Of a stretch of DNA of 64,000 nt, positions 12,900 through 29,339 are shown one piece after another. Position numbers and translations under genes: made by a program. The notes under the pieces were generated by a model. The model did no database searches and was not told where the DNA came from. It saw only the letters and a program-made list of their open reading frames with translations. Within the stretch, counting starts at the first letter, position 1, and each line of letters begins with the position of its first letter. This DNA comes from the human T2T-CHM13v2.0 reference genome, Homo sapiens, in assembly GCF_009914755.1 (NCBI RefSeq), contig NC_060926.1; one strand, written 5' to 3'.

Positions 12900-14846
12900 T
12901 TTTTTTTTGAAAACCAAAACTGACAAATTTTTTTCATGTTTGATTGGGGGAAAAAGATACAAATAGTACCTTTATTATATAAGAAAGGAGATATAAATTT
13001 AAATACTGTGGAATTTTTAAAACATGAAAGATTGTCATATAAAATGACATTACAACATTTGAAAATACAGGTGAAACAGATAAAGAAAAATGATTAAAAT
13101 TCACTTAAGAATGTATGAAAGCTCTGAGTAGGCTAATATGCTTTAGAGAATTGAATATGTAGTAAACATCACTAAGTAAAGAAAAAACCTGCATAGGTTT
13201 ATGAGTAAATTAAAAATTTAAAGCAAAGAAAGCAAATATATTGACAAAAATGCTTTCAGCACACAAATAAGTTCTTATTATAAAACATTTTATAAACCTA
13301 AAAATACTTTTTCATTAAACATATTTTCTAGCTCAGTTTACAAGTCTCGCATTTTTATAAAAAAATGAACAAAAGTAGCACACAAAATGTAACTGTGAGG
13401 TTAATTTGTTTTAAAGGGTTATAATGAAGAAATTATATGATAATATCAAGACACACCCAAGCTATTATTAATAAATTCTCATTAAAATATAAAAATCAAA
13501 AAGAGACTGCTGGCAAGATGGCCAAAAAGGAACAGCTCTGGCAGCTCCAGCGAGACCAATGCAGATGGCAGGTGATTGCTGCGTTTCCAACTGAGGTAAC
13601 CTATTCATCTCATTGGAACTTGTTAGGCAGTGGGTGCAGCACACGGAAGGCAAGCAGAAGCAGGGTGGGGCATTGCCTCATCTAGGAAGTGCAAAGAGAG
13701 GGAAGCATCCCTCCCCCAGCCAAGAGAAGCCATGAGGGACTGTGCTATTCAGCCCAGATACTATGCTTTTCCCACAGTATTTACCACAGACCAGGAGATT
13801 CCCTCATGTGCCTACACCATCAGGGCCCTGGGTTTCAAGCACAGAACTGGAAAACTGTTTGGGCTGACACTGAGCTAGCTGCAGGATTTTATTATTATTG
13901 TTGTTATTTTTTCATAACCCAGTGGTGCCTGGAACCTCAGTGAGACAGAATCATTTATTCCCGTGGAAAGGGGACTGAAGCTAGGGAGCCAAGTGGTCTC
14001 ACTCAGGGGGTCCCACTCCCAAAAAGCCCAGCAAGCTAAGAACCACTGGCTTGAAATTCTCACAGGAAGCACAGCAGTCTGAAGTTGACCTGGGATGATC
14101 GAGCTTGGTTGGGGGAGAGGTTTCTGCCATTATGGAGGCTTGAGTAGGTGGTTTTCCCCTGACAGCACTAAAAAGGCCTGGAAGCTCAGACTGGGCAGAA
14201 TTCAACATGGTGTGGCAAAGCGGCTATGGCCAGACTGCCTCTCTAGATTCCTCTTCACTTGGCAAGACATCTCTGAAAGAAAGGCAGCAGCTCCAATCAG
14301 GGGCCTATAGATACCACTCCCATCTCACTGGGACAGAGCGCCTGGGGGAAGGGGTGGCTGTGGGCACAACTTCAGTGGACTTAAATGTTCCTGCCTGCTG
14401 ACTCTGAACAGAGCAGCAGATCCTGACAAGGAGGGTTTTTCTCAGTACAGCGTTTGAGCTCTACTAAGGGACAGACTTCCTTCTCAATTGGGTCCCTGAC
14501 CGCCAAACCTCCTGACTGGAAGAGACCTCCCAACAGGGGTTGTCAGAGACTTCATACAGGAGAGCTCTGGCTGGCATCAGCCTTTGCGTCAAAGCTTCCA
14601 GAGGAAGGAGCAGGCAGCAATCTTTGCTGTTCTGCAGCCTCCACCACTGGTGATATCCAGGCAAATAGGGTCTGGAGTGGACCTCCAGCAAACTGCAGCA
14701 GACCTGCAGAAGAGGGGCCTGACTGTTAGAAGGAAAACAAACAAACAGAAAGCAATAAAATCAACATCAACAAAAAGAACCCCCAAAAAGAAACCCCATC
14801 CAATGGTCTTCAGCCTCAAATATCAAAGGTAGATAAATCCATGAAG

Positions 14847-15853
14847 ATGAGGAAAAATCACTGGAAAAATGCTGAAAATTTAAAAAACCAGAATACCTGT
14901 TTTCGTCCAAATGATTGCAACTCCTCTCCAGCAAGGGCACAAAACTGGACAAGAAATATTTTGATTAATTGACAGAAGTAGGCTTCTGAGCTAAAGGAGC
15001 ATGTTCTAACCCAATGCAAGGAAGCTAAGAACCTTGACAAAAGTTACAGGAACTGCTAACTAGAATAACCAGTTTAGAGAACAAAATAAATGACCTGATG
15101 GAGCTGAAAAACACAGCACAAGAACTTCCTGAAGCATACACAAGTATTAATAGCCAAAATGATCAAGCAGAAGAAAAGATTTCAGGGATTGAAGATCAAC
15201 TTAATAAAATAAGGAGTGAAGACAAGATTAGAGAAAAAAGATTGAAAAGGAACAAACAAAGCCTCCAAGAAATATGGGACTATGTAAAAAGACTAAACCT
15301 ACGATAGATTGGGGTCCCTGAAAGTGAGAAGAAGAATGGAACCAAGTTGGAAAACGCACTTCAGGATATTATCCAGAACTTCCCCAACCTAGCAAGAAAG
15401 GCCAACATTTAAATTCAGGAAATTCAGAGAACACCACTAAGATACTCCTCGAGAAAAGCAACCTCAAGACACATAATCATCAGATTCTTCAAGGTTGAAA
15501 CAAAGGAAAAAATGTTAAGGGCAGTCAGAGAGAAAGGTCAGGTTACCTACAAAGAGAAGCCAGTCAGACTAATAGTGGATCTCTCTGCAGAAACCCTACA
15601 AGACAGAAGAGAGTGGGAACCAATATTCAATATTCTTAAAGAATTTTCAACCCAGAATTTCATATCAAGCCAACTAAGTTTCCTAAGTGAAGGAGAAATA
15701 AAATTCTTTACAGACAAGCAAACGGTGAAGGATTTTGTCACCACCAGGCCTGTCTTACAAGAGCTCTTGAAGGAGCACTAAATATGGAAAGGAAAAACTG
15801 GTACCAGCAACTGCAGAAAAAACAAAAAACAAACAAACAGAACACCAAAATAT
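14847..15853 (+). pseudogene. Disrupted L1 ORF1
   Basis: Fragments MELKNTAQEL..QSLQEIWDYVKR and MLRAVREKGQVTYK..; multiple stops and frameshifts. Confidence 0.9.
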
Positions 15854-15918
15854 AAAGACCAATGACACTATGAAGAAACTGCATCAACTAACAGGCAAAA
15901 TAACAAGCTAGCATCATA

Positions 15919-18900
15919 ATGACAGGATCAAATTCACACATAACAATATTAACCTTAAATGTAAATGGGCTAAATGCCCCAATTAAAATACACAGACTAG
16001 CAAATTAGATAAAGAATCAAGAACCATCGTTGTGCTGTATTCAGGAGACCCATCTCACATGCAAAGACATACATAAGCTCAAAATAAAGGGATGGAGGAA
16101 TATTTACCAAGCAAATGGAAAGCAAAAAAAAAAAAAAAAAAAAAAAGCAGGGGTTGCAATCCTAGTCTCTGATAAAACAGACTTTAAACCAACAAAGATC
16201 AAAAAACACAAAGAAGGGCATTACATAATGGTAAAGGGATCAATGAAACTAGAAGTGCTAACTATCCTAAACATATATTCACCCATTACAGTAGGACCCA
16301 GATTCATAAAACAAGGTCTTAGAGACCTACAAAGAGACTTAGACTTCCACACAATAAAAGTGGGAGACTTTAACACCCCACTGTCAATATTAGACAAATC
16401 AACGAGACAGAAAATTAACAAGGATATTCAGGAATTGAACTCAGTTCTGGACCAAGCAGACCTAATAGACTTCTACAGAAGTCTTCACCCCATATCAACA
16501 TAATATACCTTCTTCCTGCACCAAATCACACTATTCTAATATTGACCACATAATTGGAAGTAAAACACTCCTCTGCAAATGCGAAAAGAACAGAAATCAC
16601 ATCAAGCAGCCTCTCAGACCACAGTGCAATCAAATTAGAACTCAGTATTAAGAAACACACTCAAAACCACACAACTACATGGAAATTGAGCAACTTGCTC
16701 CTGAATGACTACTGGGTAAATAACAAAATTAAGGCAGGAATAACAAATTTTTTGAAACCAATGAGAACAAAGAGACAATGTACCATAATCTCTGGGACAC
16801 AGCTAAAGCAATATTAAGAGGGAAATTTATAGCACTAAACACCCACATCAGAAAGTGAGAAAGATCTAAAATTGACACCCTAACATCACAATTAAAACAA
16901 CTAGAGAAGCAAGAGCAAACAAATTCGAAAGCTAGCAGAAGACACGAAATAATTAAGATCAGAGCAGAACTGAAAGAGATAGAGACACGAAAAACTGTTA
17001 AAATAGATCAGTGAATCCAGGAGCTGGGTTTTTGAAAAGATTAACAAAATAGATAGACTGCTGGCCAGACTTATAAGGAATAAAAGAGAGAAGAATCAAA
17101 TAGACACAATAAAAAATGATAAAGGAGAGATCACCAATGATCCCACAGAAATACAAACTACTATCAGAGAATACTATAAACACCTCTACACAAATAAACT
17201 AGAAAATCTAAAAGAAATCGATAAATTTCTGGACATACACACCCTCCCAAGACTAAACTAGGAAGAGGTCATATTCCTGAAAAGACCAATAACATGTTCT
17301 GAAATTGAGGCAGTAATTAATAGCCGATTATAAAAAAAAAGCCCAGGACCAGATGAATTCACAGCAGAAATCTACCTGAATTATAAAGAAGAGCTGGTAC
17401 CATTCCTTCTGAAACTATTACAAACAATAGAAAAAGAAGGACTCATCCATAACTCATTTTATGAGGCCAGTATCATCCTGATTCCAAAACTGGGCAGAAA
17501 CTTCATACAAATATCCCTGATGAACATCAGTGCGAAAATCCTCAATAAATTACTGGCAAACAGAATCCAGCAGCACATCAAAGAGCTTATCCACCATGAT
17601 TAAGACAGTTTCATCCCTGGGATGCAAGGCTGGTTCAACATATGCAAATTGGTAAACGTAATCCATCACTTAACACAACCAATGACAAAAACCACATGAT
17701 TTTCTCAATATATGCAGAAAAGGCCTTCAATAAAATTCAACATTCCTTCATGCTAAAAACTCTCAATAAACTAGGTATTGATGGAACACATCTCAAAATA
17801 ATAAGAGCTACTTATGACAAACCCATAGCCAATGCCATACTGCATGGACAAAAGCTGGAAGCATTTCCTTTGAAAACCGGCACAAGATAAGGATGCCCTC
17901 TCTCACCACTCCTATTCAACATAGCATTGGAAATTCTGGCCACAGCCATCAGGCAAGAGAAAGAAATAAAGGGTATTCAAATAGGAAGAGAGGAAGTGAA
18001 ATTGTTTCTGTTTGTAGACAACATGAATGTATATTTAGAAAATTCCATTGTCTCAGCCCCAAAGTTCCTTAAGCTGATAAACAACTGCAGCAAAGTCTCA
18101 GGATACAAAACCAATGTGCCAAAATCACAAGTAATCCTATACACCACTAATAGACAAGCAGAGAGCAAAATCATGAGTGAACTCCTGTTCATAATTGCTT
18201 CAAAGAAAATAAAATATCTAGGAATACAACTTACAAGAGATGTGAAGGACCTCTTCAAGGAGAACTATGAGCCACTGCTCAAGGAAATAAGAGAGGACAC
18301 AAACAAATGGAAAAAAAGTTCCATGCTTATGTGTAGGAAGAATCAATATTGTGAAAATGGCCTACTGCCCAAAGTATAAGTAATTTATAGGTTCAATGTT
18401 ATTCCCATCAAGCTACCATTGATTTTCTTCACAGAACTAGAAAAATCTACTTCAAATTTCATATGGAACCAAATAAGAGCCCATATAGCCAAGAAAATCC
18501 TAAGCAAAAATAACAAGCTGGAGGCATCACGCTACCTGATTTTAAACTATACTACAAGGCTACAGTAACCAAAACAGCATGATACTGGTACCAAAACAGA
18601 GATATAGACCAATGGAACAGAATAGAGGCCTCAGAAATAACACCAGACATCTACAACCATCTGATCTTTGACAAACCTAACAAAAACAAGGAATGGGGAA
18701 AGGATTCTCTATTTAATAAGTCATTCTAGGAAAACTGGCTAGCCATATGCAGAAAACAGAAACTGGACCCTTTCCTTATACCTTATACAAAAATTAACTC
18801 AAGATGGATTAAAGACTTAAATGTAAAACCTAACACTATAAAAACCCTAGAAGAAAACCTAGGCAATACCATTCAGGACATAGGCACGGACAAAGACTTC

Positions 18901-19740
18901 ATGAACAAAACACCAAAAGCAATTGCAACAAAAGCCAAAATTGACAAATGTGATTTAATTAAATTAAAGAGCTTTGCTCAGCAAAAGAAACTATGATCAG
19001 AGTGAAGAGGCAACCTACAGAATGAAAGAAAATTTTTGCAATCTATCCCTCTGACAAAGGTCTAATATCCTGAATCTACAAGGAACTAAAACAAATTTAC
19101 AAGAAAAAAACAAACAACCCCATCAAAAAGTGAGCAAAGTATATGAACAGACACTTCTCAAAGAAAGACATTTATATGGCCAAGCAAACATGAAAAAAAG
19201 CTCACCATCACTGGTCATTAGAGAAATGCAGACCAAATCCACAGTGAGATACCATCTCACACCAGTTAAAATGACAATCATTAAAAAGTCTGGAAACAAC
19301 AGATGCTGGCAAGGATGAGGAGAAATAGGAATGCCTTTACACTGTTGGTGGGAGTGTAAATTAGTTCAACTATTGTGAGAGACAGTGTTGCAATTCCTCA
19401 AGGATCCAGAAGCAGAAATACCATTTGATCCAACAATCACATTACTGGGTATATACCAAAGGATTATAAATCATTCTACTATAAAGACACGTGCACATGT
19501 ATGTTTACTGAAGCACTATTTACAATAGCAAAGACTTGGAACCAACAAAATGCCCATCAATGATAGACTGGATAAAGAAAATGTGGCACACATACACCAT
19601 GGAATACTATGCAGCCATGAAAAACTGAGTTCATGTCCTTTGCAGGGACTTGGATGAAGTGGGAAACCATCATCCTCAGCAAACTAACACAGGAATAGAA
19701 AACCAAACACCACATGTTCTTACTCGTAAGTGGGAGTTGA
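15919..19740 (+). pseudogene. Disrupted L1 ORF2 (endonuclease / reverse transcriptase)
   Basis: atgacaggatcaaattcacac start; EN motifs CCIQETHL, GDFNTPL, SDHSAIKL; RT FADD motif mutated to FVDN; many stops. Confidence 0.92.
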
Positions 19741-21029
19741 TCAATGAGAACACACGGACACAGGGAGGGTAATATCACACACTGGGGCCTGTCAGGGGGT
19801 GAAGAACAAAGGGATGGAGAGCATTAGGACAAATGCCTAATGCATGTGGGGCTTAAAACCTAGATGACAGGTTGATAGGTGCAGCGCACCACCACGACAC
19901 ATGTATATGTATGTAACAAACTTGCACATTCAGCACATGTATCCCAGAACTTAAAGTAAAATTAAAAAAATTAAAAATAAGAAAGCAAAAAACAAAAAGA
20001 TACTCACTGTTATATTTTTAAATATGAATGAAAAATATAACATTCTCTAATTGCAAGGGTTGTTTATCATGTATCATTTTAATGACTTAACAAGATTAGC
20101 ATCCCATTTAGAATTAAGAATAAGAAAGAATATTGAAGAAGATAGGAAAAGTTATTTGCAGATGATACGAATGTCTATTCAAACAAATCTAGGAGGATCT
20201 TCATGTTATTAAAATTAATAATTTGTTTCAGCAACGTGGCCAAAATATAAGAATAAAAACGTAAAAAGCAATGTATGTTTTAAAGTCTGATCAGAAACCA
20301 ATTTGAATTTTTTTCTTGAGGTACATTTGCAGTAGAAACAGAGATATTAAATATCTAGGAATTATTTATAGATGAGATAGCTGTACATATAGATATAGAC
20401 ATATACATACACAGAATAAACGCTTTTCACTTTAAGACTTCAATGTCCTTTAAAAGAACAAAAATATGTCTAGTTTCAGACTTTTCTGAAATACAAAATG
20501 TTATAAGACAGAAAAGCAATTTGTAATGGTGTTTACAAGATCAGATTTTTACTGAAAATTTTAATATAACACTTACTTATTATTAAAATAATTTAATGAC
20601 CTCTTCAAAAATATACATGGCTATTGCCTAAGCCATACACTCTTCTACCTTTAAAAAATCACTTAAAAACATACTCCAACCAGTTGAAAGTTGAATCCAG
20701 TTAATTTCTCAAAGACTGCTTAGTTAATTTATATAATTATTTGCCTTTGAAATTTTCTTAATATCTTTTTAGAATGTTTATGTAAACACTTACAATCCAA
20801 ACGGAAGTAGTAGTACACTTAAAACACCTGAAGCAAGTTCAGTGATGCAATTATACATGAGAATGCTTAGAAAATTCCATTCAAAATCCTCAGTGCAAGT
20901 TAATCCTCCGGAATTTGTACAAAGATAAAATTAGCACTATCACACTAATGATGTACAAAAAATATTTCCTTTCTTTGGAGTCATATGACTAGCTACATTT
21001 TATTTGCATTTACTATTAATAAATGAAGG

Positions 21030-22520
21030 GTTCTTCTGCTCAGCATGGTTAATTGACTGGATGCACAGTACTCATCTCCTGTTATCAGTACAGAAGTGAG
21101 GATAAATGAAAAGGAAGGAAGGGAGGGAATTAGCCAAAGTGATGAATGACACATGAATCCAAGGGGAATTGGAACCTGATGATGGCTTTGATACCTACCT
21201 AGGAAGAGGGCACTTGACTTTAGGTTCCATGGCTTTGGGTAGCTATAACTGAGTTATATTCGTAAGGTTAGAAGTCACAAAGTTCTACCTCATCTCTGAA
21301 ACAAGTTCTGAGAAAAAAGTCTACCAAACAGCACTAGGAAGTCCCAGGAATACTTTCCAACTCCCAGGAACGATGGCTGGAAATTGTATCACACACAAAA
21401 TATCAGGAGCCCAGGCCTACAGCTTTCACACTTATAAAGTAAATTTATACTATTGGCATGGTGAACGAATATCAAGATAATTAATGTCCACATTTTTTGC
21501 TCACATTGCTTCTTAATCTTCCTCTTTCCTCCTAAAATTACATTAAAATTGTTCTGCAACTGGGAAACCAGAAGGCTGAATCATTTTTGGAACAACAGCA
21601 AGCATGCCCACTACAGGCCAGGCACATCAAGGAACCTCACTGGGGGAACTCACAGGAATAAAATTATAAATCAAAGGAAAACACAAAACATTATAACACC
21701 TTTTAAAAATATTCAATAAAAATTGTACCTTATAACTGAAGATAAAACCACTTAGGCAATTTTAAATAAGTGTATTTAAAGTGCTCAATGATACAGTGGA
21801 AGGATATGAAATTACGAAGAAAAGAACAGTGTGAAAAAAAAGTCAACCAGAAAAAGAAATTTTTTTCAAATAAATGCAAATAAAATTATAGACATTGAAA
21901 ATATAATCACTCAAATTAAAAAAATCTCAGTGGATGGATTAATATCTAAGAAAGAATTAGTAGATTTGAAGAGAGATCTGAGGCAATCACCCAGAATTAA
22001 CACAGAGGAATATTTAGAGATGAAAGATACTGATAAGAATTTAGGAGATGGGAAAGATAAGTAGAAAATAACCATCATGCATAAAGTAGGGTTTCCAGGA
22101 ACATACTATTATCAATAATGAGGAAATAACATTTGAAAACAAAATGCTTTCAAATTTTCTAAAATTGCAGTGTCATATAGGAGGAAGTCTCTGGGTCCTG
22201 ATAAGCTAATTCCACATCTTGGCTATCAAATGATGGTACAGAACTTGAAAAGCAATGAAAGACCTCTTAAAAGCTTCTTAAAAGAAAACACCATACATAA
22301 AAGGAAGAAGAAAATGTGATTCACATTTTTCAGCAACAATGTATAAGAGAAGACATTGAAACATCAGCCTCAAAGTTCTGACGGGAAAAAAAAAATACCC
22401 GACCCATGACTCTATATCTAATGAAAACTATATTAAACACTGTGTCTACAATAGGAATATTTTCAGAAATAGGAATGAAAGAAAATTTACTAATCGGATG
22501 CTTTACAAAATGTAAATTGA
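21030..22520 (+). mobile_element. Very old L1ME/HAL1-like 5' region with ORF1 remnant
   Basis: ORF 21831-22064 ENIITQIKKISVDGL..ELVDLKRDLRQS resembles the ORF1p coiled-coil; downstream atcagcctcaaagttctga..ctctatatcta is ORF1-like. Confidence 0.55.
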
Positions 22521-22740
22521 CTTGACTCACATGTCTTAAACATCTCCCAATTTTAATAAAAATTAAGTAAATCTAAATTCTTAATTAAGTTTTCATAATT
22601 TATTGTGTCCTAGATGGCTGGTTAATTTAAGTTTAAGAAATCTTTATTTATCAACTATCAAATATCAAGGAGTGTACAGCATACAAAGAAGGGATTAAAA
22701 AACCATATGAGTTTAATGCCCTGAAAGAAGACCACTACAA

Positions 22741-22930
22741 ATAACAGCTAAATTTTTTGTTGGCTTAACTATGTATGCCAGGCACTTAGAGTTACATTTA
22801 CTTTAGAGTTATGCATAAAACTTTCTTGAGGTAGCTATTATTTTACAGATAATGAAACTGAAGTTGAAAGTGGTTAAAAACTTGTATAAAGCTGCTAAGA
22901 ATAGAGACAGAATTCTAAAATTCTAAGTAA
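22741..22930 (-). mobile_element. MIR fragment
   Basis: atgccaggcac...tttacagataatgaaactgaag..ggttaa matches the antisense MIR core. Confidence 0.6.
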
Positions 22931-23390
22931 TTTTCCCTCATGCTGTTTTCCATTATAATTCATTGTTTTTTCATGATGCTTTGAATTTATAAGTTATTTA
23001 TGAAAGTTTAAGCCTTCATTCATATGATGACCCTGATAATATAGAGAAATAGAAGAGTTCTCTAATTCATTGATGTGGAAAATACAAGAAAAAGCAATAA
23101 GGAGTTTTACCAAAGTCACAGTGGGCCTCCTATAAAGTTGGAATAAAAATTCATATTTCAAGAAATTCCCATATGGGAGCTTATTTTTACAGTAGACCAG
23201 AGTGGTACCTTAGAATTAAGAGCACCCGTTGCTCACCTGTGTGCATTGCACAACTCTTAGCATCATTGTGCCTTGACTTGGCCACTTGTAGAGGCTCAGT
23301 TTGAAAGAATACATGAATGGACCAGTCATCCCGTCACCAACGTTTCTTTCTTTTTCTTTTTTTTTTTTCTGTACTCGAGTTGCTTAAATT

Positions 23391-26258
<2,868 letters not shown>

Positions 26259-27120
26259 AATCCAAGGCAATGAGATATCATCTCACTTGAGTTAAAAATG
26301 TCTATTTTCAAAAAGAAAAAAATAGCAAATACTGGCAAATATGTGGAAAAAGGGAACTCCAATTTGCTGTTGGTAGGAAGGTAAATGAGTACAGCTATTA
26401 TGGAGAACAGTATGGGAGTTCCTCAAAAAACTACAGGTAGAACCACTATATGATCCAGCAATCCCACTACAGGGTACATATCTAAAGGAAAAGAAAACAG
26501 TAGATAAAAGGGTTACTTGCACCCTCGTGTGTACTGCAGCATTATTCACAAGAGCAAAAATATGGAATCACCATAAGTGTTCATCAAAAGACAAATGATG
26601 CAAAATGTGGTATATATACACAATTGAATATTATTCAGCCATAAAAAGAATGAAATCTTGAAATTTGCGGCAACGTAAATGAGCATGGAAGACATTATAT
26701 TAGGTGAAGTAAGACAAACAGAAAGACAAATACCACATTTTCTCACTCATATGTAGGAACTAAAAAATTAATGTTATAGTAGAGTGTTGAATAGTGGTTA
26801 CCAGAGGGTAAGATGGACAGGAGAGATGGAGAAATAAGGAGAGGTTAGGTAATGGGTAAAATATTACAGTTAGACAAGAGAAATAAGTTCGAGTGTTCTA
26901 CACCACAGTAGGATGACTATAGTTAACAGTAATTTACTATATATTTTCAAATAGCTAGAAGAAAGAATTTTGAATATTTGCAACATAAAGAAAGGTTAAG
27001 TATTTGAGGTCATAGGTATGATAATAGCCCTGATTTGATTATTAAATATTATATGTATTAAAATATCACAATATACCCATAAATATGTACAATTATTATG
27101 CATCAATTAAGAAAAGAAGG
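26259..27120 (+). mobile_element. L1MA-like 3' end
   Basis: gagatatcatctcac..gatccagcaatcccactac..ccctgatttgatt..cccataaatatgtacaattattatg followed by an A-rich tail. Confidence 0.88.
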
Positions 27121-28369
27121 AAAAATCTAAGGGAAAACAAAATTGAGGTGGTAAATAATATATTAAATTTTTTGTGTATATAATTTTAAAGGAAAATGAT
27201 TTCAGGGTGTGTATACATAAAATATCACTTGGTATACTTTAAATGTGTGCAGTTTATGTATGTCAATTACACCTCAATAAATCTGTCAAAAATGTGTGAC
27301 CATAATAATCTAAGCCAAAATTGTAGATGAAGACCATGCAGCAGTAGAATTGGGTGGAGAAGTCGAGAAGGAGAACAAATTATTGGGAAAGAGAAGACAT
27401 AAATAACATAGACATCAATATAAGTATGAAAGAAATAATAAAGCATGAATTTAATTAATATAACCAACAGTTAAATGAAAATGAAAGATTATTTTCAAAA
27501 CAGTAGAAGAAAATTTGATATGCACATTGGAATATAAGAAAGGAGGGGAAAGAAAAACTATAACAAAGCAAAAAAGAATAAACACAGATTAAAATGGCAA
27601 ATTAAAATAATAATATTAGCTATAATAAATATAAATGACAGATAGAAAAAGAAAACAGGATCAGGCAGAAGGGCTCCAGAGGAGGACTAATCTCCCACAG
27701 AATTCCAGAAACACCTGCTGTCAGCAATGAGTCTTTGTAGGGTGCTCAGGTAGCCAATCAGACAGTTCTTTCTTTCATATAATTGCACCACACGGCTGGC
27801 ACCCCATCTCTGATCACACCTGGGGAGGTGCATAGTGAGCTGACAGTACAGACTGAGGCCAGAGATCTGGTGCACCACACTGCCAAAATCCCAGTCCGTG
27901 TCCCAGACCCATCCTCTGGAGCTTGGTGTTGTCTTCTGCTGGCATCTGTGCTATACCACATGTAGGTCATTAGGGCAATAACATGGCTATTGCTGTTTCT
28001 GTCTCTGAGATTCCAAGAAATGTGAATCAATACCTGGTTATTACACTTTGTTTGCGCCATGACATCTCTAATAGAAATATGTAAAGTGAAAAGTTAGTAA
28101 AAAGAGATTAATATTTCAGTAATAGGATGAACTAGCAATTCTAAATGATTCTCCACCAGTAGAAAAACTGTATGTACTGGGTAAATAATTACAGCCAAGG
28201 TTTTAAATGAATCATTGGCTTCACAAGAAGGTATGATAAATCTCTAAGATTTAGAGGTGAAAAGGAAGAATAAATTAAGGAAGAGTGAACATAAATTCAG
28301 AAGAAAATATTGCCCTGGGAATCTATTGCAGGGATTGGACCAGATTGTTAGAGTAGCTCTATCCACATT

Positions 28370-28710
28370 GGACAGATATAGTCACACTTCCTTACACATC
28401 TGCCATCTCCATGAGGGGAACAGGCCCTGACTAGCCTGCTGTTCCAAAGAGGATGAGAGATGCATAGGACACCCTTGGATATGATCTGGAGCTTGGCGTC
28501 AAGCCAAGCAGACCAGCCTAGATCAGCTTCTCACTTGGTCCATTTTTGTCTTCTCAGGTTTATCCCAATAAATTTTTTGCATGTAATTGTCTGAGAGCCT
28601 CAATAAGTCTAGATCAGCCAACCCCAAGACACATGCTTTTTGATTCAAGCCACTGAGTTTTGGAGTGGTTTGTCACATATCTTTATTGTGGCAATTGCTA
28701 ACCAATATGT
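28370..28710 (+). mobile_element. Old MLT1 (H/G/I-like) LTR fragment
   Basis: ccagcctagatcagc...aagccactgagttttggagtggtttgt..gtggcaattgctaac matches MLT1 3' motifs. Confidence 0.7.
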
Positions 28711-28949
28711 TACTTTTAAAACTGTAGCTGGAGTCTCTTGGTAGCAACTATGTTTACAGGATTTGATTGAGAAGTAATCATCCTTGCTTCTCAAGAACTA
28801 GAATATGAGTTGTGGAGACATGAGGTGCTTCTCAGTTTGGGATGTAGAAAGAAAGAACTGTGATCTGGTGGAAGCAAAGCAGAAAAGGCAGCAGAGAGGG
28901 AGCCTTCAGGAGGGTGTTAAGCCTGTCAGTGTGTGATGGGTAATACTTG

Positions 28950-29334
28950 TGCTATGGACTGAGCGTTTGTGTCCCTATAATTCACATGTGGAAGCCTAAA
29001 CCCCCAGTGTGGCTATATTTTGAGATGGGACCTCTAAGGAAGTAATTAAGGTTAAATGAGGCCATATGAGAGGGACTCTGATTCAATAGGATAAAAAGAG
29101 ATATCAGAGAGTTCATTCTCTCTCTCTTCATGAACATGCACTGAGGAAAGGCCATGAGAGGACACAACAAGAGCGGGGCCATCTACAAACCAGGAAGAGA
29201 GCCTCACCAGAAAATGAATTGTCCAGAGCATGGTTCTTCAACTTCTAGCATCCAGAACTGTGAATGGATCTATTTCTCTTGTTTAAGCCACCCACTCTGG
29301 GTATTTTCTTATGGCAGCTTGAACTGACTGAGAC
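28950..29334 (+). mobile_element. MLT1A-like solo LTR
   Basis: tgctatggactgagcgtttgtgtccc...tatggcagcttgaactgactgagaca. Confidence 0.9.
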
Positions 29335-29339
29335 AATGG

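Larger units (their letters stand above)
13505..19986 (+). mobile_element. Near-full-length L1PA7/8-like LINE-1, inactive
   Basis: 5'UTR gctggcaagatggcc..ggaacagctc, ORF1, ORF2, 3'UTR and A-tail in order; likely TSD aaaaatcaaaaaga (13491-13504) / aaaaaacaaaaaga (19987-20000). Confidence 0.96.

Noticed and set aside
13505-19986. Retrotransposition-competent L1
   Set aside because: Both ORFs carry many stops and frameshifts, the catalytic motif reads FVDN, and 5'UTR CpGs have decayed.
27758-28060. MAQTK start suggesting a histone H3 pseudogene
   Set aside because: Similarity ends after five residues; no H3 sequence follows in this frame.
28515-28618. 13-bp direct repeat ag(c/t)ctagatcagc flanking 78 bp, as a TSD-bounded insertion
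   Set aside because: No poly-A or termini, and old MLT1 LTRs may carry this motif twice; cannot be distinguished without the consensus.
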